A DNA stretch of 64,000 nt from a virus, in the IMG/VR virus record IMGVR_UViG_3300045988_142085, positions 64,001 through 128,000 of that record; one strand, given 5' to 3'. The notes under the pieces are model-generated. The model worked only from the letters and a program-made list of their open reading frames with translations. It was not told the origin of the DNA and searched no databases. This document shows, in pieces, positions 36,975 through 45,531 of this stretch. Numbering within the stretch: the first letter of the stretch is position 1; each line of letters opens with the position of its first letter. The position numbers and the translations under genes are program-made.

Positions 36975-37196
36975 TTAATTTTTTAGTTCAGATTTTCTAA
37001 CATTACCATCTAAATCGACTACAAATCCTTTTGGAATAATCCATTGATCTTTTGGAGCAATCGGTAAAATACCGATTTCGTCGATATATTTAAACTCATC
37101 TTCGGTTAATCCTTTACCGGTCATAATTTGATAATGAGAAATTAATTTTCCGCCCGGTAATATTTTATTTTTAATTACATGGTTATAGTTTTTCAT
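36975..37196 (-). CDS. hypothetical protein (73 aa), first gene after the large non-coding region
   Basis: RBS aaggag 8 nt upstream of the ATG. Confidence 0.5.
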   Translation of the reverse strand: MKNYNHVIKNKILPGGKLISHYQIMTGKGLTEDEFKYIDEIGILPIAPKDQWIIPKGFVVDLDGNVRKSELKN

Positions 37197-37482
37197 TTTG
37201 TTTACTCCTTTATGATATAATAATATAATTAATTATGTTTGAATTTAAAATAATAAAATCGAGCCGCTATTACACATCTCTTTATTTAACTCTTAATATA
37301 TATTTAATTATAACTACCTATATAATAATAATATAATACTCTATACATTTATTATACTATGATTAATTTACTATTATACTAGTAATATTTATATAATTGT
37401 TTATGTTATATGTTATTATAATAATATATTAGCGTAACTGGTCGGCTTTAGCCGAACTGTTGCTGTCAATTATATTAAATAA

Positions 37483-37870
37483 GGTTTGAAGTATTGTAGC
37501 TAGTTTATTTTAAAAACAATACGAAAACAAATGAATTAGGTAAGTAGAGATATGTTTCAATATATTAATTAAAATATTAAAATTAACCAAAAACACTTGA
37601 AATAGAACGGTTGTAGAGTGTTTCTGCCCCTCTTTGTCTCAAAAAATAGAAAACACTCAAAAATATCAATAATAAGCAGGGTTTGAAGTATTATAGTAGA
37701 TTAAATGCTTAAAATATTAAAATGAGTAAAAAATATGCAATTAAGGTAGATGTGAGAGTGTTATATATATAGTCTAAAACTTAAAATAGCCTAATATTGC
37801 TTTAAAAACGGTGTGAGATAAGTGTTTCCTACCCTCCTCCCCCACCCAGCAAGCAATACTACACTTGCAG
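37483..37870. repeat. tandem direct repeat, 2 copies of a ~195-nt unit
   Basis: GGTTTGAAGTATTRTAGTAG.., ..AATTARGTARRTRGAGA..GTT and ..AACGGTKTRAGA..GTGTTTC.. recur with a period of about 196 nt. Confidence 0.6.
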
Positions 37871-38380
37871 GATGTTGTCGTCGGGGCGCTCGTGAGGCGA
37901 CAGCGGGCTTTATTATTTTTTTTATTTATTATATATATAGTATATATAGCCTAAGTTATATAATAGTATAAGCTACGCAATAATTAAAGGCGGTGCCTCT
38001 AAGACTCTTGTTATTTAAAAGGCATTAATCTGTGTTATAGTATTATATAGACAGCCTTAATATTATATTATATATATGTTAAATAATAATATATCAGTCT
38101 ATATACGAGGCGCCAAGTCCTCTCTTAACACACGGGAATTGGCTCAATCAGGTGACGGTTATTTAAGAAATAATCTATACTTAATAATTATACAACAAAT
38201 GTATAATCCATTTAGGTTATCCTATTATATACTATAGATATAATAAATTAATACTAAGATTAAAAAAGGTTAGATAAAATCTACATTTTTAGCGACGATA
38301 TTTTTTGATAAAAAAATACCAAAAAATATCACGAATTTCTATTATACAAAAATAATGTATAAATAATTATTTTAATATTT

Positions 38381-38506
38381 TTAACCCGCTACACAACCAT
38401 AGATTGTAATATACCGGTGTAACAAGTTACACCGCTCCGCAATTTTTAATATAAAATAATATAACCAAGGCCCCCTGAAATAAATTCAGCAGGGTCTTTT
38501 CTTTAT
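38381..38506 (+). ncRNA. sRNA-like unit 1: TTAACCCGC box, TGTAATAT -10, 8-bp hairpin, intrinsic terminator
   Basis: TTAACCCGC at 38381, TGTAATAT at 38405, hairpin cggtgtaa/ttacaccg, terminator ccctgaa..ttcaggg followed by TCTTTTCTTT. Confidence 0.45.
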
Positions 38507-38569
38507 ATTATTATATATATAATATAATAAACACTAACAATTAAAATAAAAAAATTATTTTTATTTTTT

Positions 38570-38682
38570 TTAACCCGCGGTGCTAACTTAACATGTAATA
38601 TACCGGTGAACGACAGTTCACCGCTTCCACTCACTTAAATATATAATAATCCTCAGAATAAAATCTGAGGATATTTTTTTTG
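38570..38682 (+). ncRNA. sRNA-like unit 2 (same architecture as unit 1)
   Basis: TTAACCCGC at 38570, TGTAATAT, hairpin cggtgaac/gttcaccg, terminator cctcaga..tctgagg followed by ATATTTTTTTT. Confidence 0.45.
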
Positions 38683-38689
38683 GAATTAA

Positions 38690-38787
38690 TTAACCCGCTT
38701 CGCTAATATACTACGTAATATACTAGTGGACGCAGTCCACTACTTCAGAACCTAAGCATCCTGACCTAACGGCCAGGATTTTTTCAT
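38690..38787 (+). ncRNA. sRNA-like unit 3 (same architecture as units 1 and 2)
   Basis: TTAACCCGC at 38690, CGTAATAT, hairpin tagtggac/gtccacta, terminator atcctg..caggat followed by TTTTTC. Confidence 0.45.
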
Positions 38788-39960
38788 TATTAAGCATAAA
38801 CAAAGTTGGCCCATTTTAAAAATGCTCCAAACCCTTACTCACGTAATCTGCTGTGAAGATAAACAACTCGCAGAGGATCGTACACGAATAACCGTTTAAC
38901 GTATTCGGGCCTTAGCCCTCGATACTACTTTATATATAATATATATATAATTATTCTAATATTATTTAAAGATTTAAATAAGCGTCACTATTATTATCTA
39001 AATATAATAATTTATTTTAATATAATTAAAAAACCGTTCGCCTAAAATATTCGGTGTTCATTCTCTCTATCCATAACACCTAGTAAAAGAGGTAACAGTA
39101 TAACGCCGGAACCAGAGCAATAAAATTCCAGCTAACTGGTTAGAGCTTTCAAACTCTAACAACTTGGAATGATTAGTACTCGATAATAATTGTATCCTAA
39201 TAATTAATATTAATTATTATAAATTAATCTCGCACTAAGCAGAGCCTTCGTCACGAACTATAACACAGAAAATTGTAATTACGCTACGCTAATACAACCA
39301 GCCAACTTCGCTGCGCTATCTTTCTCTGGATCGGATCAAGACATTCTTTTATAATATATATAATTTAATAAAAGAATCAAAAGGGATTCGCCACCTAATA
39401 TAACCTTCGCCCCTAAATTAAATCCGGGGTCTCAGAACATATATTCCTTCGGAAATAGCCGGCGGCTCAAAATAATTGAATTATTTAAATCCAATTATAA
39501 TCACTGTTGCTCACCTAATTGAATAACTAGCAATAGTGTCCTATATAATATATATACTAATACTTAATTAATAATATACTTCATATATTATTATTAATAA
39601 CTAACATTACTTTTAAATAAAAAGTAATACAAAATACATATGGGGGGCGAAAAATATTCGAAATTTTATAACCTAAAGTTTCAGATTTTTCAGCCCGGAT
39701 TTTCGCTTTTATATATAGTACGACATAGTATACCGCTCACGGTCGTCCTCGCTAACGCTCGTTCCTTACCTACAGCTCAGTCGCAAGCTCCTTTCGCTTT
39801 CGGGATGCGTTTGCTATACGGCCCTCCGGGCCTCCATTATACTATACATATAGATAGCTTAAGGCAGGCGCTTTAATCGGTCGCTCCCGCTCCCTCTTCG
39901 CTTCTTTATCTAACCTATCTATATCCTTACGGATCGTAGCTAAAAGCTTAATACTAATAA

Positions 39961-40320
39961 CTTACTTCTCTTAATAAGAGAAGATAACAAGAGAACTTAA
40001 TATACTATATACATATATAATAAACGCTCGCTACCGCTCGCTTCTAATATAAATATAATATATATAATAATAAATACTTACTTTCTTAGGAAGAAAGATA
40101 ACAAAGAAGATATACGCTCGCTTCGCTCGCTCTTAATATAAATAATAAATACACACTTACTCTCTTAGAAAGAGAGTAACAGAGAACTCTAATAATAAAT
40201 AATAAACTGCTTACTTCTCTAAAGAGAAGATAACAAGAGACACATATACGGCTCGCTTATGCTCGCCTTGTTAAATAAATAAAATGAATATGCTTACTCT
40301 CTTAACAAGAGAGATAACAG
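39961..40320. repeat. array of five ~25-nt polypyrimidine/polypurine hairpins (cTTACTYTCTTa-N3-aAGARAGATAAC, each followed by AAGAGAA) interleaved with CGCTCGCT..CGCTCGCT motifs. Iteron-like, possibly an origin.
   Basis: Hairpins at 39961, 40077, 40155, 40209 and 40293. Their stems covary (cttctctta/taagagaag, ctttctt/aagaaag, ctctctt/aagagag). Confidence 0.55.
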
Positions 40321-40751
40321 AGAATATTATAACGGCCGGCTCACGTGCGTTCGCACGGCCTACTATACAAAATAAGAGATCTACGCTCAGCTCGCATTCG
40401 CTCGCTTCGCTTATAGAGCGCTCGTGTGGCTTTATTAAGCAGTAACAACTTCACGCTATAAGTAATCATAGCCACCCAATTAAATATCATATACTGACGC
40501 ATATGATATTCAAAAAAAATAATTTTAGTACATACATATATATTGGATTAAAACCATACTCCAATATATATGTATATATTAAATAAATTTTAAAAGAGCA
40601 AGCCGTCCTTTATATATACAGGACACCGCATCAAAAAAATATAGCTTTAGTCGGGAGCCATATTAATATTATTTATTTAAATAAAAATAAGGTTTAGATA
40701 ACAGATGCGACCCACTCCCGTGTGCTTTTCCATTATCTAAACCTTTAATAA

Positions 40752-41234
40752 CTAGCCTTCAGCTTGAGCTTCTTTAGCTTGGTTAGATACCATAACGATA
40801 TCATCGCTACCATCACCAGTAGAACCGAAAGATTTCTTAATAGAACGAATTTCATCGCTCTTAGTTAATTCGCCCCAGGATGCTTTTGCTTCGTCTACGA
40901 TGACACTAGTGCCACCAATTCCAAGCTCAGCAACCTTTTTAAGGCCACCAAAGAGACCTTTGGATACAACTTTAATACCGCCAATGCCAGCATCTTTAGT
41001 AATGCCAGCAACGATACCTAATTTCTTTCCGCCCCAGTTCACAATGCCACCAGTAGTAGCTTTGAATTTTGCCATTTTGTAGGCAGAAAGAATATCTTCT
41101 ACGACTGCATCGTCGCATTCTACTGTAAGAACTGTGCCATCTTGTGTGACACTTGCGTTGAATTCTTCAGTAGCTTTTTCATTGATATAATTAAGGATTT
41201 CTAAGTTTTCGTTTGTAATCTTAAATTGAGCCAT
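40752..41234 (-). CDS. hypothetical virion-block protein (160 aa, Gly-rich)
   Basis: ORF in the higher-GC block. The start is preceded by a terminator/promoter-like cassette. Confidence 0.55.
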   Translation of the reverse strand: MAQFKITNENLEILNYINEKATEEFNASVTQDGTVLTVECDDAVVEDILSAYKMAKFKATTGGIVNWGGKKLGIVAGITKDAGIGGIKVVSKGLFGGLKKVAELGIGGTSVIVDEAKASWGELTKSDEIRSIKKSFGSTGDGSDDIVMVSNQAKEAQAEG

Positions 41235-41290
41235 GATGAGCCCTCCTCTTATTTAATAAAAAATAAGGGAGCCATGTGGCCCCCTTTAGA

Positions 41291-41980
41291 TTAAAATACA
41301 CCAGACACGTCTTCAACTTTCTTATTCGGGATTTCACGAACAAGATTAAATGTTTTGCTAGCCAAAGCATTAATTGCACGGCTAGAAGCACTTTCTGGAC
41401 GTTTAGCATACAAGTCACCATTGTGACGAGTAGCTACAGGGTAAGAGTAGTTACCCTTCATACCATTGGCGAATTTCACGCCATCTTCTGTAATACCATC
41501 TTTGAATACCAGCATTTGACCTTCTTCAAGTGCAACGCCTTCAGGCACTACTAGGTCAAAACCAGATAATTCAGATTGACGTGTGATTCGAAGATTAATG
41601 CCAGCTTCTTTGCTAGCTTCAAGAGCTTCTGCTAAACGAGTATAAGCAGTTGTATGCTCAGGAGTGTCATATTCGCTAGTAGCGAGTTCTGCACTTTCTT
41701 CAGGAGTATTGCCTTTAGCCAACAAGCCCATCAACTGATAAGTCTTGATAGCAACAGAATCAGGCAATACCATTTGTGCTGTCATATTGTCATATTCAGC
41801 ACGACGAGAAACAAAAAGATTTACTGCATCAGCAGTATGAAGAATTGCTACCGGCACAAACGCACCTTCGCGTTTCGCCAATTTAGCAACGTTTTCTTTG
41901 CCCCATGCTTGGAATGCACGAGCAAATCCGCCAAGTTTTGTACCAGCGATAACAGATGTAATGATAATGTTTTTAGCCAT
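41291..41980 (-). CDS. hypothetical virion-block protein (229 aa)
   Basis: Strong RBS ttaaggaggctattatcATG. A ~400-nt structured leader lies upstream. Confidence 0.6.
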   Translation of the reverse strand: MAKNIIITSVIAGTKLGGFARAFQAWGKENVAKLAKREGAFVPVAILHTADAVNLFVSRRAEYDNMTAQMVLPDSVAIKTYQLMGLLAKGNTPEESAELATSEYDTPEHTTAYTRLAEALEASKEAGINLRITRQSELSGFDLVVPEGVALEEGQMLVFKDGITEDGVKFANGMKGNYSYPVATRHNGDLYAKRPESASSRAINALASKTFNLVREIPNKKVEDVSGVF

Positions 41981-42280
41981 GATAATAGCCTCCTTAATTA
42001 AAAAATCCGATGAGGGCCGGATATCCCATTATTTAAATAAAATTACTGCCTCCCTTATAAGACAGTATCCAATATACTAATATATATAATATATATTAAT
42101 ATACTCGATACTGCCGTCGTCTAGTTTTCACCGACGACAGTATTGTAGTAGAGAGGAGGAGAACCAAGCTTTACAGCCTGGATAAATGATACAGTCCTAG
42201 GCTAGGATTGTTTGTACATAGGAGTTCAGAAAGAGGTTTTTTGAGAACCCAAGACTATACCATTTATCCAAACGGTAAAC

Positions 42281-42320
42281 CCGCGAAAAAGATTTCGTGG
42301 CGGAGCCGACCGAATGTCGG
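42281..42320 (-). terminator. terminator-family element e
   Basis: CGAAATCTTTTTCGCGGG flank plus ccgaccgaatgtcgg hairpin. Confidence 0.4.
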
Positions 42321-42416
42321 AAGGTGCTCTGCCGTGAATTACGCGAAAAAGAAATAGTGATAAAGGAAGAAGCGATATGATATGATATCGGCTTCTCCCT
42401 CGCCACACTGAATTAA

Positions 42417-42542
42417 TTATTTTCTTAATGCTCTGTTAGCTAAATCTGTAATCATATAACCTAGAGCAAAGAACATAATTCTAAAATACCAAGGACGTTC
42501 TTGGTAAAATTTTTCTAAAGATACTACTAAATTGTCTAACAT
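42417..42542 (-). CDS. small hydrophobic protein A (41 aa; MLDNLVVSLEKFYQERPWYFRIMFFALGYMITDLANRALRK). Not in the ORF track.
   Basis: RBS ggaggaattcattATG. Paralog of 42555-42665 (shared P-W-[YS]-[FY]-R-I-x-F-F-A-L-G-Y). Confidence 0.5.
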   Translation of the reverse strand: MLDNLVVSLEKFYQERPWYFRIMFFALGYMITDLANRALRK

Positions 42543-42554
42543 AATGAATTCCTC

Positions 42555-42665
42555 CTATGCTATGAATAAACTAACTAAAGAATAACCTAGAGCAAAGAAT
42601 GCAATTCTATAGCTCCATGGAGATACTTGATACCAAAGATTTAAATAATTTTTAACTGCAGACAT
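42555..42665 (-). CDS. small hydrophobic protein B (36 aa; MSAVKNYLNLWYQVSPWSYRIAFFALGYSLVSLFIA)
   Basis: RBS aaaggaggacacatcATG. Paralog of protein A. Confidence 0.5.
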   Translation of the reverse strand: MSAVKNYLNLWYQVSPWSYRIAFFALGYSLVSLFIA

Positions 42666-42732
42666 GATGTGTCCTCCTTTTAGACAAAATGATGCGGGCG
42701 TTAAATATTTATTTATCTAACGCCCTTAAATA

Positions 42733-42891
42733 CTAATCAGCAATTATAGTTTTATAGCCATACTCATTACGAGATACAAACTGAGCACCTGGATGCTCTT
42801 TTAAAACAGAGAATACGCTATCATCAGATAGCAAAGATACATATTGGCCGTCAGCCATTTTTAATACATAATTGTAAACCATAGTAATCAT
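42733..42891 (-). CDS. small protein C (52 aa; MITMVYNYVLKMADGQYVSLLSDDSVFSVLKEHPGAQFVSRNEYGYKTIIAD)
   Basis: RBS aggaggaattaaaaATG. Hand translation. Confidence 0.45.
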   Translation of the reverse strand: MITMVYNYVLKMADGQYVSLLSDDSVFSVLKEHPGAQFVSRNEYGYKTIIAD

Positions 42892-42930
42892 TTTTAATTC
42901 CTCCTGTGATTACATATTGAATTGAGATGA

Positions 42931-42972
42931 GAGGGAAAGCCCCTCAAATAAGATTTCGGGCCGGAGGCCCCT
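42931..42972 (-). terminator. terminator-family element a (GGGCCtccGGCCC + CGAAATCTTATTTGAGGGgctttCCCTC)
   Basis: Immediately follows the stop of 42973-43257 on the minus strand. Confidence 0.6.
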
Positions 42973-43257
42973 TTATTTAAATAAATTAATAAAACTTTGG
43001 GGAAGCTTTTTATAATCTTCTTCCTCACATATAAACATAGGATGTCTTTCATAAGAGAAGAAACTCTCTTCTTCTTCGTCCCAAATCTCGGCCCAAGCCG
43101 ATATTTCTATAAATTCTATACCGGAAGTTTGTGTCATACAACCAGCACAAACACAATCAGTATAAAATTGATTAATTATTTTATCGTAAGCCTCTTTGTA
43201 AGAGCCGGCCTCGATAATGACATCTTTATATAACTCACCGAAGAATACGTACTTCAT
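42973..43257 (-). CDS. hypothetical protein (94 aa)
   Basis: RBS aggaggaattattATG. Confidence 0.55.
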   Translation of the reverse strand: MKYVFFGELYKDVIIEAGSYKEAYDKIINQFYTDCVCAGCMTQTSGIEFIEISAWAEIWDEEEESFFSYERHPMFICEEEDYKKLPQSFINLFK

Positions 43258-43287
43258 AATAATTCCTCCTCATAAGAATAAAGTACT

Positions 43288-43330
43288 GAGAGAAAGATTC
43301 CCTCATATAAAATTTCGCCCCGGCGGGGCA
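43288..43330 (-). terminator. terminator-family element b (CCCCgccGGGG + CGAAATTTTATATGAGGGaatctttCTCTC)
   Basis: Covarying stem. Same flank as element a. Confidence 0.6.
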
Positions 43331-43605
43331 AGGTCACACTAGTAAACTGATACCGCCGGATTGAATAAATTAAATTAATAAAATAAGTTTAGATAAAAAA
43401 TGTATTAAGGACTACGCCGTAATCCAGAATAAGGTGACAGTCGAATATTTGACGACCAGAGACGAAATGATGCGGGCCACACCCCAATATCATGAGCGTC
43501 GGAAGTCAAATATGGTCCCGTGTGCGGGCGACTGCCACCGTTCTTTATTTAAAAAAATTAAGCTTTAGCTACAAGATATATATCTCATAACTAAAGCTTT
43601 AAATG

Positions 43606-43857
43606 TTATGCTTCGCAATTATAATGATTTACTACTTTCACGTGTTCATTATAAATGCTTTTTCTGTTGTGTGGCCAGAAGTCTGCATGCTCCCAATTTC
43701 CGGAAGCCAAATAAAATTCCACCATATCCTCATATTGTGCTTCGAGTTCTTTTAGTCTGGTGTAAGCCACATTACAGCTGTTTGTGTCTACGACCTCGAA
43801 GCAATCGATGATATAAGAATTTTCAGTAAGTTGTTGAATGCCGATAATAGAAATCAT
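43606..43857 (-). CDS. hypothetical protein (83 aa). The start is trimmed to the internal Met with RBS gaggag.
   Basis: The annotated N-terminal extension overlaps terminator element c. Confidence 0.5.
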   Translation of the reverse strand: MISIIGIQQLTENSYIIDCFEVVDTNSCNVAYTRLKELEAQYEDMVEFYLASGNWEHADFWPHNRKSIYNEHVKVVNHYNCEA

Positions 43858-43913
43858 GATAGTCTCCTCTGCCGGATTATAGTGGTCGGTCGCACTTAAT
43901 ATTAAATAATATA

Positions 43914-43958
43914 ATGAGAGAAAATTTCCCTCATAATAAATTTCGCTCCGGAGGAGCC
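43914..43958 (-). terminator. terminator-family element c (CTCCtccGGAG)
   Basis: Covarying stem plus CGAAATTTATTATGAGGGAAATTTTCTCTC. Confidence 0.6.
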
Positions 43959-44005
43959 TTCTATTTTTGTAGAATGCTTGTTCCAGAGCGAAAGTATTCG
44001 GGAAG

Positions 44006-44275
44006 CTATGCTTCCCGAACAAGAATATCATCTGGGACGCACCCAGACGCAAAATGTAGGTAGGTTACGTCTCCGACAATGAAGCCGGGCGCTAACCCAA
44101 CTCCATTATCTAAATTCATAACTACAGGTATACTACCTGTAACATCAATGCCAATAGAAGCATAAGCTTCTTTAACATCATAAACAGAAGAACATGGTTC
44201 TACTGCTTTTAATTCAGCGGAACCTTTAAATACAAAACCCTCGGCATAAGCGCCGTAAATAACGATAGTGTTCAT
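44006..44275 (-). CDS. hypothetical protein (89 aa). The start is trimmed to MNTIVIYGAY with RBS aggaggtttaatcATG.
   Basis: The upstream extension overlaps element d. Confidence 0.5.
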   Translation of the reverse strand: MNTIVIYGAYAEGFVFKGSAELKAVEPCSSVYDVKEAYASIGIDVTGSIPVVMNLDNGVGLAPGFIVGDVTYLHFASGCVPDDILVREA

Positions 44276-44306
44276 GATTAAACCTCCTATGAACAACAAC
44301 AATACT

Positions 44307-44350
44307 GAGGGCAAATTTACCCTCATATAAAATTTCGTAGCGGAGCGTTT
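44307..44350 (-). terminator. terminator-family element d
   Basis: CGAAATTTTATATGAGGGtaaatttgCCCTC conserved flank. The 5' stem is less clear. Confidence 0.45.
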
Positions 44351-44469
44351 GCTTTCTCTTTAGCTGTGCTCTACTACTAATAAGAAATGGGGCGTATCCG
44401 TTATGGACTAAGGAAAGAACGTTGGATATTCTTTGCCTTAATCCCTAACGGGCCCCGAAGGGGAATCTG

Positions 44470-45531
44470 TTAATCCAATACTGTAAGCATCAAAGCCACA
44501 GATTTGATTTCTTTTCCTCCTTTCTCGAACTGATTAAAGCACATATTATCCACATGTACTCTAACCTTAACAGATCCGTAAAGCTTTGTAATCATTTCAC
44601 GGATTTCGCCTGAAAGAGATAGACCGCACAATTGTACATAGCCTTCACCTTTTAAGCTTTTGACATATAGACCATCAGATGGAGCTTTGCCATCTAAACC
44701 TTTACAAATGTGAAGGTCTTTATTTTTGGCAACAGAACCATCCATTAATATAAACTCTTCATAGCGAGTTACTTCGCCATTAGAATTTTCATTTCGATAA
44801 CCTTGAGCCATCGCAATATTTTTAGCAGCATTAGCAAAGTCTGCAGATTTTACTAACAACTGTTTTTTAGGACGGTCTAATTCCATACCGTCTAATGGAG
44901 TAACAATGATATACAGAGATCTGTTCTCTCTAATGAATAACTCATATGACCCATTTACTGTAGGGTCACAGAATAAATATTCATCAGAGCTAAGGCCCTT
45001 ATTGAAGAAGACGTATTCGCCTTCTTCTTCGTCAAGACCTGTTGCAGGACGATACGCATCTGCAGCGCCCTTAAATCTTGGAGTCACTTCTACTATACGA
45101 AGAGACTCTAGTTGCTTCTCTTCACTAGCATGTTCCCATGCATAGTGAACAAGGTCTTTTTTAAGGCATACACTGCCATAAATAAAACCTTGTTTACGAG
45201 CTTCTTCATAAACATTTGTTTCGTCTGGATTAATGCCCATGCCCCAGATAAGCATGTTGCGAACATAATTCGCAATCTTGGACATTGGAGAGCTCATTAG
45301 CTCTCCTTTAATGTTCTCATTGGAGGACTTTCTAATGTCCTCAATGAGTTCATTTACATAACCAGTAAGGCCTTTAGCGTTACTGGTTTCTTTTTTTAGA
45401 TTGATGCCGTATGCATTTACAACATCTTTAAGTTGCTCAAGAGCTACTTGAGCAACCTCATTTTGAATTTTGTATAATCCAGAAGAAATACCTAAACTTT
45501 TCACTTGTTGGTTATTTTTTACTAATTTCAT
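44470..45531 (-). CDS. hypothetical virion-block protein (353 aa)
   Basis: Long ORF with higher GC codons. Start overlaps the stop of the upstream gene. Confidence 0.6.
   Translation of the reverse strand: MKLVKNNQQVKSLGISSGLYKIQNEVAQVALEQLKDVVNAYGINLKKETSNAKGLTGYVNELIEDIRKSSNENIKGELMSSPMSKIANYVRNMLIWGMGINPDETNVYEEARKQGFIYGSVCLKKDLVHYAWEHASEEKQLESLRIVEVTPRFKGAADAYRPATGLDEEEGEYVFFNKGLSSDEYLFCDPTVNGSYELFIRENRSLYIIVTPLDGMELDRPKKQLLVKSADFANAAKNIAMAQGYRNENSNGEVTRYEEFILMDGSVAKNKDLHICKGLDGKAPSDGLYVKSLKGEGYVQLCGLSLSGEIREMITKLYGSVKVRVHVDNMCFNQFEKGGKEIKSVALMLTVLD

Noticed and set aside
39640-39876. 78-aa plus-strand ORF inside the 3.5-kb non-coding region
   Set aside because: No RBS, GC-repeat-driven composition and opposite strand to all genes. 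It is probably a chance ORF across the CGCTCG repeats.
37197-40751. tRNA genes in the large non-coding region
   Set aside because: No GTTCGA/TTCRAATC T-loop-like motifs and no cloverleaf-compatible 72-90-nt segments were found by eye. tRNAscan was not run.
43858-44052. N-terminal extensions of ORFs 43606-44052 and 44006-44326
   Set aside because: The extensions run through the conserved terminator elements. Internal Met codons with good RBS (at 43857 and 44275) give sensible gene starts.
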